DNA from: an uncultured Bacteroidales bacterium
GTDB taxonomy: Bacteria > Bacteroidota > Bacteroidia > Bacteroidales > FEN-979
DNA length: 64,000 nt
Reading direction: 5' to 3'
NCBI GenBank assembly: GCA_903913885.1
Contig: CAIWMX010000002.1
Span: forward strand, 1,862-65,861
Of the stretch, positions 35,646 to 46,600 are shown piece after piece. The notes under the pieces are model-generated. The model ran no database searches, was not told the DNA's origin, and saw only the letters and a program-made list of their open reading frames with translations. Each line of letters starts with the position of its first letter. Positions within the stretch are counted from its first letter, which is position 1. The position numbers and the translations under genes were made by a program.

Positions 35646-36617
35646 ATGCTTCAGGAAAAAAGAGAACATCCAAAAGAGAAAGCAAGGTTGCATCCCCGCA
35701 ACAGGCATCGTGAACGCTATGATTTCAAAAAACTGGTTGAAAGTTGTCCCGAATTGTCGGCCTTCGTCAGGATGAATGTTTATGATGACGAATCCATCGA
35801 TTTTTCCGATCCGGAAGCGGTTAAGATGCTGAATAAGGCACTGCTGAAGCACTTTTACGATATCGAAAACTGGGATATTCCTCCTGGTTACCTGTGCCCC
35901 CCGATCCCCGGCAGGGCCGATTACATCCATCACATGGCGGACCTGTTGTGCGGTGGGAATTTTGGCAAAATCCCTCAGGGGCCCGGAATAAAATGTCTTG
36001 ACATCGGTGTCGGCGCGAATTGTGTCTATCCTATCATAGGTAACAAGGAATACGGGTGGTCGTTTATTGGTTCTGATATTGATCCCGTTGCCATCGAATC
36101 TGCAAAAAAAATCATTGAATTGAATCCTTTTCTCCGGGATAAGATCGAGATCAGGCTGCAGCCCCAGCCAAATGATATTTTCTTTGGCGTGCTTCAAAAG
36201 GATGAAATAGTTGACCTGGTGGTCTGCAACCCTCCTTTCCATACATCCCTGGCAGAAGCCCAATCAGGCACCCTGCGCAAATTGAACAACCTGAACCAGG
36301 AGAAGATCACAAAACCAACCCTGAACTTTGGGGGACAGGAAAATGAGTTGTGGTGCAAAGGAGGCGAAGAAAAATTCGTACGCGACATGGTTCGCCAGAG
36401 TAAGTTCTTCTCCACTGCCAGTTTCTGGTTTTCTGCTTTGATATCAAAGCAATCCCACCTGAGGAATGTCAATGAGGCGTTGTCCAAAGCCGGGGTCGCT
36501 GAAGTGAAAACCATCCCGGTAGGCCAGGGCAACAAGTCGGGGCGCATTGTCGCCTGGAGCTTCCTGACCCGGGAAGATCAGAAGATCTGGGCTGAAACAA
36601 GGTGGAGGACGAAATGA
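35646..36617 (+). CDS. rlmF: 23S rRNA (adenine1618-N6)-methyltransferase
   Basis: LHPRNRH, LCPPIPGRADYIH, LDIGVGANCVYP, CNPPFH and NFGGQ..ELWC.GGE motifs. Confidence 0.96.
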   Translation: MLQEKREHPKEKARLHPRNRHRERYDFKKLVESCPELSAFVRMNVYDDESIDFSDPEAVKMLNKALLKHFYDIENWDIPPGYLCPPIPGRADYIHHMADLLCGGNFGKIPQGPGIKCLDIGVGANCVYPIIGNKEYGWSFIGSDIDPVAIESAKKIIELNPFLRDKIEIRLQPQPNDIFFGVLQKDEIVDLVVCNPPFHTSLAEAQSGTLRKLNNLNQEKITKPTLNFGGQENELWCKGGEEKFVRDMVRQSKFFSTASFWFSALISKQSHLRNVNEALSKAGVAEVKTIPVGQGNKSGRIVAWSFLTREDQKIWAETRWRTK

Positions 36618-39296
36618 TTACCGGGATTTCACGAGGGTAATGCATTGGTATACAAGTCGGGAATCGCAGCATAACAGGTAACTCCCTGCCGGACATCCTG
36701 ACAGGTCTGCCCGAACCATTGTTTTGCCCGGTTGCACGTAAATAGGACGTGTATAAACAATTTTTCCCGTGTAGTCGGTTATGGTCAGTTTCGCCCGGCA
36801 GTCAAAAGGCGAATCAATGTTGATGACGAACTCCCCTTTTGGCGCAGGATTCGGATACGCAGCCATTGTTATCCCAGGAATACCAGGCGTTTCAGCCAGG
36901 CCATTCGCCGCCTCCAGTCTGAAGTTTCCCTTGCCTGAAAAGGTAACCGTATTGAGGTGCCTGGCGGCATCATAGGAAATGGAGGTCACCAGTCCGGATA
37001 CCACTTTCAGGGCACGATCTGAAAACAACGCAACAATTCCTGCACCTGAAACAAAGCCGGAATAAGCTCCGTCGGCTGTTTTTTCAAAAGCCACATCCAG
37101 TTTATGATTGATACCGATTATTGGCTGTTTACCGTAAACCAGTGAATCCCCGTTTTGGATGAAGGCACCGGAAAATGATCCGTCAGGATGGGTGATAAAC
37201 AGGTTGAGGTTCCCGTTGTATCTGAGGGAATCCTGCAGCCCGGTTGCTATGGCAGGTAACGACACTGGAAGAGCGTTGTATTGTGCGAAAAAATATCCGA
37301 CCTGCAGACTGTCACTGATCCGGTTGCCAACCGCACCGTACCAGGCTCCCATGGTCGTGACAACCGGGTGAGATTGTACCCAGGGATACAGCACTGTAAG
37401 AAAAAGCATGTTGCCGGCGTTTTTAACGGTGACCTGCGTTTTGGTATAATGCCGGTAACTATTGTCAATCGCCAGTGAATCGGTTGCCATGGTAAATTCA
37501 GCCGGGGCATGGTCATTCTGAACCATCGCGAAAAGGTGAACGGAATCACGCTGGTATGAAAATCGTGAATTTGTAAAATCCGGATAAAAAGCTCCTGTCG
37601 CTGCGGAGGGCAAAGCGCCTGCAAGCCCGTTGCCTTGAAGCTGGAACGTATAGTCGTTGGTTGCTGTAGAGGTGATGAAATCACCAAGCATGAAATACCT
37701 GTGATTGATAAACAGGGTCTTACGGGTGATACTTGCGCCGAAATAGGAGGTTCTGATTTCACCATAATCGAGAAGGGAAGTGCTGAAACAGTTTTCAATA
37801 TAGGCGGTATTCGTTGCGGTATTCACAAATTCGCCATTTGGCGGGTTAGGCCCGTTCCCGTTAACCAGGACCAGGTTGTGGTCGGTGGGTTTGTTCTCAA
37901 CACTGCTCTGTGCTGCCCCGGGATACCCGGGATCCAGTGCAAGCAACTGACCGCCTGCGAACATGGAAAAACTGCCGGCGTCTCCCTGGTGGTGCGACTT
38001 GGCGCCTGTTAGTGCGATGCCATGCTGTGCAATGAAATGCATATAAATGGCGCCTGTACCCCATGATGAACGGAATACCAGGCTGCCTGCCTCAGGCAAT
38101 GGCTGGAACAGGCTGTCGGTGATCGCACCATGTCCAACGTTCGCTGCAATATACTGGGTGCGGATAAATGAATCATTGGGAGTAAATCCAGGGTTTACCA
38201 GGTTAAAAGCCGGCTTTCCGGACAAGGCCGTGATGGTGGTTCCAAAACCCACCTGGCAGTCATGAATGGCGGGCAGTGAACCATCCGGCATCCTGATCTT
38301 GTTTATCCAATCATATAAAAAATCATACCGCTGATCGTACCAGGGATTCGGGATCTGGCGGGCCAGGGAGTTGAAGGAGTAGGAGCTGTTCCCCATCGGA
38401 AGGAAATTTCCCATGGCGCGGATGAAAGGAAAGGCATTCTGAAATGCATAATTGAAGTAAGCTGGTCCTTCGGCATACCCGGCCAGGGTGTCGGGTTCCG
38501 ATACCCTGGGATAGGTTCCTCCCTGCATCCACAGTGTGTTGTCGAGATTCCACATCCCGGCGTTGATCCAGTTTTGAGGCTGAAAATCAGCATCAGTGCT
38601 TTGGTTGTCGTTCAGTACCACGGCAGCAAGGCCAAGCGCCGAGGCAGTCATAATGCTGTGGTTGTTGACCTGGAAACTGAAGAAATGAACCGGCAGCACC
38701 ACGATCGTATAGGTATCCATGGCACGATGATAGAGGTTGGCGGTGAACCGGGTCAATGAATCCCTTGCCCGGGCGAGGCTGTCGGGATGAAGTCCTGCAC
38801 CCCGCAGGAGATCGTATGCAACCAGGTAGCTGATCAGTTCCTTCGACCGGTGCTGCCATTCCTGGTAAAACACCCATCCCTGCTGAAACCCGACATTGGT
38901 ATTCATATTCTCAAGCAATCCCCTGCTTTTTCTGATCAGGGAATCATTTTCGGCAACAGTCAAAGGTGAAATTATGCCATTCGCGGCTTTCCTGTCCATC
39001 AGCAAGCAAAAGGCACCCTCTTTGGCGATCATGGCACGGGTGATCCGGTCTTCGTCCGTTGAATTCCCGGAAGGAATTTCGCTGACTGCATTTGTCCAGG
39101 CAGATTGGTATAGTGGCAGGATTTCCGGGTTGCCCAGTGTTGCCCGCACAACCGGCACGGCAAGGCTGTCGAGCAGGGTTCGTGGAAAACTCAGATCGGC
39201 TCCGGTCGGGTTCCAGCTTCCCTGGCTAAAAACAGGGAGTGGAAGAAAATGAAGTAAAATAAGCGTTGTTAGCAATCCTGCCGTGATTTTTTTCAT
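36618..39296 (-). CDS. Heparinase II/III-like polysaccharide lyase family protein with T9SS type A CTD
   Basis: Signal peptide from MKKITAGLL (ATG at 39296). Motifs NNHSI, GYAEGPAYFNY, MPDG.LP..HD, SHHQGD.GSF, LDPGY, DHNLVLVNG and a C-terminal YPNP...GSYLL. The longer ORF-track start overlaps the divergent gene. Confidence 0.75.
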   Translation of the reverse strand: MKKITAGLLTTLILLHFLPLPVFSQGSWNPTGADLSFPRTLLDSLAVPVVRATLGNPEILPLYQSAWTNAVSEIPSGNSTDEDRITRAMIAKEGAFCLLMDRKAANGIISPLTVAENDSLIRKSRGLLENMNTNVGFQQGWVFYQEWQHRSKELISYLVAYDLLRGAGLHPDSLARARDSLTRFTANLYHRAMDTYTIVVLPVHFFSFQVNNHSIMTASALGLAAVVLNDNQSTDADFQPQNWINAGMWNLDNTLWMQGGTYPRVSEPDTLAGYAEGPAYFNYAFQNAFPFIRAMGNFLPMGNSSYSFNSLARQIPNPWYDQRYDFLYDWINKIRMPDGSLPAIHDCQVGFGTTITALSGKPAFNLVNPGFTPNDSFIRTQYIAANVGHGAITDSLFQPLPEAGSLVFRSSWGTGAIYMHFIAQHGIALTGAKSHHQGDAGSFSMFAGGQLLALDPGYPGAAQSSVENKPTDHNLVLVNGNGPNPPNGEFVNTATNTAYIENCFSTSLLDYGEIRTSYFGASITRKTLFINHRYFMLGDFITSTATNDYTFQLQGNGLAGALPSAATGAFYPDFTNSRFSYQRDSVHLFAMVQNDHAPAEFTMATDSLAIDNSYRHYTKTQVTVKNAGNMLFLTVLYPWVQSHPVVTTMGAWYGAVGNRISDSLQVGYFFAQYNALPVSLPAIATGLQDSLRYNGNLNLFITHPDGSFSGAFIQNGDSLVYGKQPIIGINHKLDVAFEKTADGAYSGFVSGAGIVALFSDRALKVVSGLVTSISYDAARHLNTVTFSGKGNFRLEAANGLAETPGIPGITMAAYPNPAPKGEFVINIDSPFDCRAKLTITDYTGKIVYTRPIYVQPGKTMVRADLSGCPAGSYLLCCDSRLVYQCITLVKSR

Positions 39297-39434
39297 TCTA
39301 TAAAGGTACATTTTTTTATTGCAGGAAATCGAATGGGTCAGATTGGTGAGCATCGGGGATTTGTTAAAAAATGGAACAAACATCACATCAGTCCCTCGCA
39401 AAAATGTGCTATTTTTAACCAAAATACAACACCT

Positions 39435-40727
39435 ATGAAAATTGCCGGTTACACTGCCATCCTGATCATGGCTTTGCTGTATTTCCAGGTAAACCGGGCA
39501 TGGTGCCAGGAGTCGTTCACGATTTCCGGTGTTGTTAAAGATGCGGTAATGGATAAGGAATTGCCCTTCGCACTCATTTCTGTCCAAAACAGTACCATCG
39601 GCACGGTCACCAACGATGATGGATTGTTTCAACTCAGCCTTCCCGGGAAATTTTCAGGCGATACGTTGCTTGTGGGATACATGGGATATATTACGGCAAA
39701 GCTGAAAATGCCCGCTCATCCGGAACCGGGGCTTGCAATCAGGCTGATACCCAGGGTTTTTCAATTGTCTGAGGTAGAGATTGTTGCTCTTTCTCCCGAA
39801 GAGGTGATCAGGCAGGTGGTAGCCCATATCCCTGCCAATTATGGCGAGGATACGCTGATTCTCACTGCCTTTATCCGTTCAAGGAAATTCTTTGGGAAAA
39901 AGCTCGCTGAATATACTGAAGCCATCATTGAGGATATGAAGACCGGTTATGGATTGGTCGACAGAAAAAAAGAGAACGACCGGCACCAGCATTCGAACCT
40001 GCCGTTTTTACTTAAAGGAAGGGTAATCTCCGATACCAGTCTTGTCAACGCACTGGGCGACCCCGGGAAAAGCGCCGGGTGCCTTGGATGTAATTTTATC
40101 AATGATTTTGTGGAATTCTATCATCACACGGTTCTTGATGAGCAGCTGTTTAAATCTTATAATTTCCGGATGGAGGAGGTAATCAGGCCTGAGGGCGGGA
40201 AAATCTTCCACATCTGGTTCGACCAGAAAAAGGGAATAAAGGAGACGCTGTGGAAAGGAGAACTGTTCATCAATGCATCCGATTTTGCCTTGTTGAAGAT
40301 CACACAGAAACCCAGTTTTGAAGCCTATGACCAGTTCGAAAAACAAAAATTTAACCGTGCCTTTTCGATTGCCGGAACCCCGGGCTGGTACGAGGAAATG
40401 CCCCTGATGGACTGGACAACCACCTATTCGGCCCGGAGTGGCAGGTATTACCTCAATACCATCCGGATCGAAAACTGGCTTACCTTCAGGAACCCAACAA
40501 CAAGGAAGGAGGTTAAATTTTCACACAGGAACGAGGTAGTGATCACCGATGCCAGCCATGATCCGGAAAAGATCAGGAACTTCAGGGGAGATAAGTCCAT
40601 TGGTGTTAACCAACGCTGGGACCAGCTTGTAGGCACCCGTGACGACCGGTTTTGGTCAGAATACAACTATTTACCGGTGGAAGCTAAACTGCAGCAGCAG
40701 CTGAATGAAATGAATGCCAGCAAATAA
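39435..40727 (+). CDS. Carboxypeptidase-regulatory-like domain-containing exported protein
   Basis: Signal peptide, then ISGVVKD..ELPFA.I.....IGTVTNDDG.F.L...YMGY..LSEVEI. The C-terminal FWSEYNYLP is typical of Bacteroidota CarboxypepD_reg-like proteins. Confidence 0.8.
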   Translation: MKIAGYTAILIMALLYFQVNRAWCQESFTISGVVKDAVMDKELPFALISVQNSTIGTVTNDDGLFQLSLPGKFSGDTLLVGYMGYITAKLKMPAHPEPGLAIRLIPRVFQLSEVEIVALSPEEVIRQVVAHIPANYGEDTLILTAFIRSRKFFGKKLAEYTEAIIEDMKTGYGLVDRKKENDRHQHSNLPFLLKGRVISDTSLVNALGDPGKSAGCLGCNFINDFVEFYHHTVLDEQLFKSYNFRMEEVIRPEGGKIFHIWFDQKKGIKETLWKGELFINASDFALLKITQKPSFEAYDQFEKQKFNRAFSIAGTPGWYEEMPLMDWTTTYSARSGRYYLNTIRIENWLTFRNPTTRKEVKFSHRNEVVITDASHDPEKIRNFRGDKSIGVNQRWDQLVGTRDDRFWSEYNYLPVEAKLQQQLNEMNASK

Positions 40728-40730
40728 GTG

Positions 40731-40778
40731 AATGCAAACAATGTAAACAATGTAAACAATACAGACAATGCAAACAAT
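40731..40778 (+). repeat. 9-bp tandem array (AATGYAAAC-type, 5 units)
   Basis: aatgcaaac aatgtaaac aatgtaaac aatacagac aatgcaaac aat, separated from the stop ending at 40727 by 3 nt. Confidence 0.9.
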
Positions 40779-40891
40779 TTAGTGGTGTTAATCCTTAAGA
40801 CATCAATTAATAACTGAGTAGCCCCATTTTACACTTTGTAAACACATTTAACCTTTACCAGGATGGAGAAGGACAACATTAACTTGTTGTT

Positions 40892-41789
40892 TTAATGCTG
40901 TGTAACGATTTTCCGGGTATAATTGTCTCCGGGTGTTTGAACCCCGAAGTTGTACAAACCAGAAGGCAATGAGGAGATGTCGATCGTGTTTTCCGTTGAG
41001 GCAGGAAATGATTTCCTGTAAACCGCTATTCCTTGCATGGTGTAAACTGTTACTGTTCCTTTAACCGGCGGCGAGAGTTTGAAGGTGATGTGACCGTTGG
41101 ACGGGTTGGGTGTAATTTGAAGTTCGTTACGGGCGGATGCTGTTTTCTCTTCTGTTCCAACAACTTAGACACATCCCTCATAGATATCCACCCCCGGGCA
41201 TTTCACGGGCACTGAACCCATAGGTTTTCTGTTTCACAGAGACCAGACCCGACAAATAGGTTTTACTCCATTCCACCTGACCGGAGGCGTTCAATTTGAT
41301 CACCAGCATTCAAACTGTGGTACTATTATCCGACTGGACTCCGGCCAGGATGAACCCATGATCTGATGTCATTTGCAGCGAACTGATGGACGCTGAGGAT
41401 CCGGGGTAACTGCGGGTCCACACAGTATCTCCGGCTGTAGTGATCTTTACCATGTATAGATCTCCATACGTTTGGTTAAAACCCTTCGTTCCAGCCAGTA
41501 CAAAGCAAGAATCCTGTGAGGCGGTGACGCATGATAACTGTGACATGTATGGGCCGATCTTTCTGATCCAGGAAATATCTCCGGCCCCATCCACTTTCAT
41601 AGCCATTCCGATATAGTCCTTGGTTCCTGCAAGAATGTAATGGTTATCAAGGGTCTTTGTAATGCTGTATGCCTGGGTGGAACCAATGGGGGTATAATAT
41701 ACCGTGGTGAACGGCGTTTGCTGAGCGTGTGTTATGCAGATATAAGTAACAAGTAAAAGAACTGTAAGAAATAAGGATCTGGGGTACAT
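40892..41789 (-). pseudogene. Decayed T9SS type A cargo gene (beta-propeller-like N-terminus, orphan CTD)
   Basis: The ORF 41789-41310 has a signal peptide and K.D..G...W.R blades. After an in-frame TGA it continues MLVIKLNASGQVEWSKTY...GGGYL to a second TGA. In another frame, GCV*VVGTEE..ITPNPSNG..YTMQG..IDISSLPSGLY..RKIVTQH* ends at 40892. Confidence 0.8.
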
Positions 41790-41949
41790 TTGAAAAAAAA
41801 ATTTGTGCCATCCAAGTTAACAAAAATGGCAAGTATTGGGCTCAAAAATAACCAAATATTACATCGGTTACAAGAGGCCGGAATTCCGGGCGAGCGAAGG
41901 CGAGAATGAGTCCCCAAAAAAATATCCTTTTCCCCCAAAACCTTTCCAG

Positions 41950-42048
41950 TTCCACATTGTATTCATTACCTGGATTGTTTGCATTGCCTGCATTGCCTGC
42001 ATTGATTGCATTGATTGCATTGCCTGCATTGCCTGCATTGTCTGCATT
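41950..42048 (-). repeat. 9-bp tandem array (AATGCAnnC; 8 good and 3 degenerate units)
   Basis: Minus strand reads aatgcagac aatgcaggc aatgcaggc aatgcaatc aatgcaatc aatgcaggc aatgcaggc aatgcaaac aatccaggt aatgaatac aatgtggaa, separated from the stop at 42052 by 3 nt. Confidence 0.93.
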
Positions 42049-42051
42049 CTC

Positions 42052-42768
42052 CTAAAGGTCCATATTGTACTGGATCACCATCTCCATGCTACCCAGCTCC
42101 AGGGCCACCAGGTTTCCGTAACCGTCTTTGCCGGAGAGGTAAGGGCCGTTGTCAAGGTCGATGAACTTGTAGATCTTGTTTTTAACGGCAAGAGTGATCA
42201 GTTCCATGTTGACAGGCACATGGCCATGGATGATGCGCCGGCCCCCGATCTTGTCCGGTTTTATTTCGTAATCGCGCAGCCAGAGCATGGCGCGTTGGTC
42301 CTGGTAGGGATTGTCATTTTTAAAGTTCAGCCCGGCATGGACCAGCACAAACCGGTCAAGTTCAATGTAATGGGGGAGGTTACGCATCCATTCGATATAA
42401 TCGGGCGGTACGTCGCGGATGTGTGAAACGCCGAAACTGGCGAGGGTAGGTTTGCCGCCAATTTCAAGCCAGGATTTATGCTTTTTATTGCCGAAATTGT
42501 ACCACCAGGCATTCAACGATTTCTTTTCCGCATCGTACAGTTCCACCATGAAATCCTCATGGTTGCCCTTCAGCGCGGTGATATGGTATCCCTCATTCTT
42601 TAACGATCTGATAAAATCGATCACTCCCTTTGAATCGGGGCCCCGGTCAACATAGTCGCCAAGGAAATAGATCTCATCGTCGTAAGAGGGCCTGATCAGT
42701 TCCGTGACCATCGACCTGACGGTTTTCACATACCCGTGAATGTCGGGAATTACCCAGCGTTTTGGCAT
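42052..42768 (-). CDS. Metallophosphoesterase / Ser-Thr protein phosphatase (PPP family)
   Basis: DIHG, GDYVDRG, GNHE, VHAG and HGH motifs. Confidence 0.92.
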   Translation of the reverse strand: MPKRWVIPDIHGYVKTVRSMVTELIRPSYDDEIYFLGDYVDRGPDSKGVIDFIRSLKNEGYHITALKGNHEDFMVELYDAEKKSLNAWWYNFGNKKHKSWLEIGGKPTLASFGVSHIRDVPPDYIEWMRNLPHYIELDRFVLVHAGLNFKNDNPYQDQRAMLWLRDYEIKPDKIGGRRIIHGHVPVNMELITLAVKNKIYKFIDLDNGPYLSGKDGYGNLVALELGSMEMVIQYNMDL

Positions 42769-42771
42769 AAG

Positions 42772-43518
42772 TTATTTTTTCTTCCCCTGGTTGGCGACCT
42801 CGTCCATCAGTTTTTTAATGACTTCAGGATCGCCGAGGAAGTAGTCTTTCTGCAGGTTCATCTGGTCGTCGAACTCAAAAACGTAGGGGATGCCGGTTGG
42901 CAGGTTTATTCCGATGATATCCTGGTCGGAGATGTTTTTCAGGTATTTTAAAATGCCCCGAAGGCTGTTGCCGTGAGCAGCAACCACTACCTGCTTATGT
43001 TTGAGCAGCGCCGGTTCCATCTCATTTTTCCAGTAGGGAACAATGCGCTCCACGGTATCTTTCAGCGCTTCCGTTGCCGGGATATCGTTCTGATCGAGGT
43101 CGCGGTAGCGGTGATCGAAACGGGGATGCCTCGGGTCGTCCAACTCCAGCGCGGGTGGACGCACGTCATAACTTCTGCGCCAGATCAGAACCTGCTCATC
43201 ACCATATTTCTCAGCGGTTTCCGATTTGTTCAATCCCTGTAAAACCCCGTAATGCTTCTCGTTCAGGCGCCAGCTCTTTTCAACGGGGATCCATTGAAGA
43301 TCCATTTGTTCAAGGACCAGCCACAGCGTGCGAAGGGCCCGCGTGAGATAACTGGTGTAGGCAATTTTAAATTCGAAGCCTGCTTCTTTCAGCACTTTTC
43401 CTGCTTCCATGGCTTCGCGGATTCCTCGTTCCGACAGGTCAACATCGGTCCATCCTGTAAAGCGGTTTTCTTTGTTCCAGGCGCTCTCACCATGGCGTAT
43501 CAATACGAGTTTGTTCAT
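42772..43518 (-). CDS. gpmA: 2,3-bisphosphoglycerate-dependent phosphoglycerate mutase
   Basis: LIRHGES.WN.ENRFTGW.DV, LNEKHYG.LQG, WRRSYD and AHGNSLR motifs. ATG at 43518. Confidence 0.97.
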   Translation of the reverse strand: MNKLVLIRHGESAWNKENRFTGWTDVDLSERGIREAMEAGKVLKEAGFEFKIAYTSYLTRALRTLWLVLEQMDLQWIPVEKSWRLNEKHYGVLQGLNKSETAEKYGDEQVLIWRRSYDVRPPALELDDPRHPRFDHRYRDLDQNDIPATEALKDTVERIVPYWKNEMEPALLKHKQVVVAAHGNSLRGILKYLKNISDQDIIGINLPTGIPYVFEFDDQMNLQKDYFLGDPEVIKKLMDEVANQGKKK

Positions 43519-43542
43519 GTTTACGGGTTTTTTGTCAGACCG

Positions 43543-43579
43543 CAAAAATACAAAAATGTCTCTATTTTTCCTACCTTTG
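43543..43579. promoter_or_regulatory. Back-to-back Bacteroidota -7 elements for the divergent gpmA and DUF2723 genes
   Basis: TATTTTTG on the minus strand (43550-43543) and TACCTTTG on the plus strand (43572-43579). Confidence 0.6.
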
Positions 43580-43601
43580 CCTCACTTCAACTCCAGGTTT
43601 C

Positions 43602-46600
43602 ATGAACAGTTATAAAAAGATCAACAACATCCTTGGCTGGGCGGTGTTTTTTATTGCCTCCGTCGTTTATATTCTCACGTCTGAACCCACGATGAGCTAC
43701 TGGGATTGCGGGGAGTATATTTCCACTGCGTTCAAACTTGAGGTTGGACATCCGCCGGGAGCCCCTCTGTTCCAGATGATCGGTCGTTTTTTCTCGCTGT
43801 TTGCATTCGGGAATCTCGCGCATGTTGCAAGGATGGTAAACACCATGTCGGCCCTTGCCAGCGGTTTCACCATCCTGTTCCTTTTCTGGACCATCACCAT
43901 GATCGCGAAAAAAATCGTCGTCCGCCAGGATGGAATGACAAAGCACAACATGTATACCATCATGGGGGCAGGGCTGGTTGGTTCACTGGCCTATACCTTC
44001 ACTGATTCTTTCTGGTTCTCAGCCGTTGAAGGCGAGGTTTACGCCATGTCGTCATTCTTTACCGCCATTGTGGTTTGGGCGATCTTCAAATGGGAGGAGC
44101 ATGCCGATGAAAAACACGCCTACCGCTGGCTAATCCTGATTGCCTACCTGATGGGACTTTCAATCGGGGTGCACCTTCTCAACCTGCTTGCTATCCCAGC
44201 CATAACCTTTGTCTACTATTTTAAAAAATATCCGAAACCGGGCTGGATGGGCATCGCCATTACATCCGTTCTGTCGATCGTGATCCTGGCAATCGTCATG
44301 TATCTTATCATTCCATGGATCATCAAACTTGCCGGGCTTTTTGAACTTTTCTTCGTCAATTCGGTTGGCCTCCCGTTTAATTTCGGCACGATCATCTACC
44401 TGATTTTCATGCTCGGGTTGATCATCTGGGGTCTCTATTATACGCATAAAAAGGACAAGCCTGTCTGGAACGCAATCGTGCTGGCCATCACTTTCATTGT
44501 GATCGGATATTCCTCCTTTTTGATGCTGGTAATCCGCAGCAATGCCGACACTCCGCTGGATGAGAACAATCCTGAAAACGCCATGTACCTCCTGGCTTAT
44601 CTTAACCGTGAACAGTATGGCGACTGGCCGCTTGTATCCGGTCAATACTACAATGCACCAGTGGTTGACCGCACAGATGGGAACCCGGTTTATGTCAAGG
44701 ATTTAAAGTCGGGCAAATACGTGATCACCGATAAGCGTGAAAAGGTGATTCCTGTTTACGACAGTCGTTTTACAACAATTTTCCCGCGTATGTGGGACCA
44801 GTCGGAATCGCGTTTTGAAGGCGAATATATCCGGTGGGGACATATCAAGGGAGTACCGGTTGAACTTCAGTCGGGCGAACACACTGAAACCCGTAATATT
44901 CCTACCTTTTCCGAGAACCTGGCCTTCTTCTGGAACTATCAGCTGGTACATATGTATTACCGCTATTTTATGTGGAATTTTGCCGGCAAACAAAATGACA
45001 TCCAGGGCCAGGGCAATAAAATCGACGGGAACTGGAAAAGCGGGATCAGATTCTTCGACAGTATCAGGCTTGGCCCGCAGGATATTCCTGAAAGCCGCAA
45101 AAATAAAGGCGACAACAGCTTCTATTTCCTTCCACTGCTGCTCGGGCTAATCGGGATTTACTTTACCGTCCGCCACGATAAACAGAATGCCTGGGTCATC
45201 TTCCTCCTGTTCTTCATGACAGGGATTGCCATCGTCCTGTACCTTAATTCACATGCACCACAACCCCGTGAGCGCGATTATTCCTTTGCCGGGTCATTCT
45301 ATGCCTTTGCCATGTGGATTGGCCTGGGGATTGTACAACTCGTGAGGTGGCTTGAAAAATATACCGGAAAGAATGTCGCCCTGGCGATATCCATGGTTTT
45401 CGGCCTGGGGGTGGTCTCCCTGATGGCCCAGCAGGGCTGGGATGATCACGATCGTTCAGACCGCTACACTTCGCTGGCTGTGGCCGAGAATTACCTGAAC
45501 TCGTGCGGCCCGAATGCCATCCTGTTCACCAACGGAGATAACGACACCTTCCCTGTCTGGTATGCCCAGGAGGTGGAAGGAATACGCACCGACGTCCGCG
45601 TGGTAAATCTCAGCCTGCTGAACACAGAATGGTACATCGACCAGATGAAAAGGAAAGCCTACGATTCAGATCCTGTGCCGTTCTCGATGACAAAAGACAA
45701 ATACCGGCAGGGAACACATGATGTGACATACCTTATCGAAGATGAAGGACTTAAAAATACCTACATTGATGTAAAGGACCTCTTCGGCATCATTGCCACG
45801 GATGACAGCAAATTGAAAATGAACACGTCGCAGATCGGCATGATCGATTATTTCCCAACCAAGAAATTCATGGTCACCTACGATCCGGCAACGATCATAA
45901 AATCAGGCGTGGTTCCCCGCGGGCTTGAAAACCGGCTCGATACCTTACGATGGGAGATCAAAGCACAGGCAGTTGAAAAGGCAAGCCTGATGATCATGGA
46001 TTTGCTTGCCACGAATAACTGGAAACGTCCGGTATATTTTGTTATGACTACAGGGACCTCTACATATATTGGGCTCGAGAAGTACTTCCATCTTACAGGA
46101 CTGGCATACCAGCTGCTCCCGGTAAAGGCAAAGGAAGGGGATGGCCAGGTAGGGGAGGTCAATACAACAGTGATGTACGACAACGTCATGAATAAGTTCA
46201 AATGGGGCAATTTCAACAAGCCGGGCGTGTATGTCGACGAAACCAATGCCAGGATGGTGATGAATCTGCGTGGCCTTTTTGGCCGACTTGCCGATGCATT
46301 GGTCATGGAAGGAAAAAGCGACTCGGCAAAACGCGTAATCGACCGCTGTTTTGAAGTTTTCCCGGAAACCGTGGTGGATTATGATTTCTTCACGGTTCCG
46401 CTGATCAATGACTATTATAAGATCGGGCAAACGGAGAAAGCCAATGCCGCGGCGGTAAAACTCTCGAAAAGCATGACCAGTCAGCTGGCTTATTTCTTTT
46501 CGTTTCCCGACGCCGATCTGAAACCGATGGATATGAACATCCAGGAGGCTGTTTATACAATCCAGCGGTTGAGCGTCGCACTCAAGGATGCAAAGCAGGA

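Noticed and set aside
39297-39632. Apparent 300-bp overlap of divergent genes in the ORF track
   Set aside because: Signal-peptide starts at 39296 (-) and 39435 (+) remove the overlap.
41176-41312. In-frame TGA codons as selenocysteine or recoding
   Set aside because: The same gene also has a TAA, a frame change and missing sequence, and many intact genes here end in TGA. Decay is the simpler explanation.
41878-41910. CCGGAATTCCGG palindrome with a GCGAGCGAAGGCGAG tail, a possible REP relic
   Set aside because: It is a single short copy in the window, which is not enough support.
41836-42426. ORF with CIACIACIDCIDC resembling a metal-binding or ferredoxin-like peptide
   Set aside because: The Cys pattern is just the translation of the 9-bp array, and the rest is antisense to the phosphatase gene.
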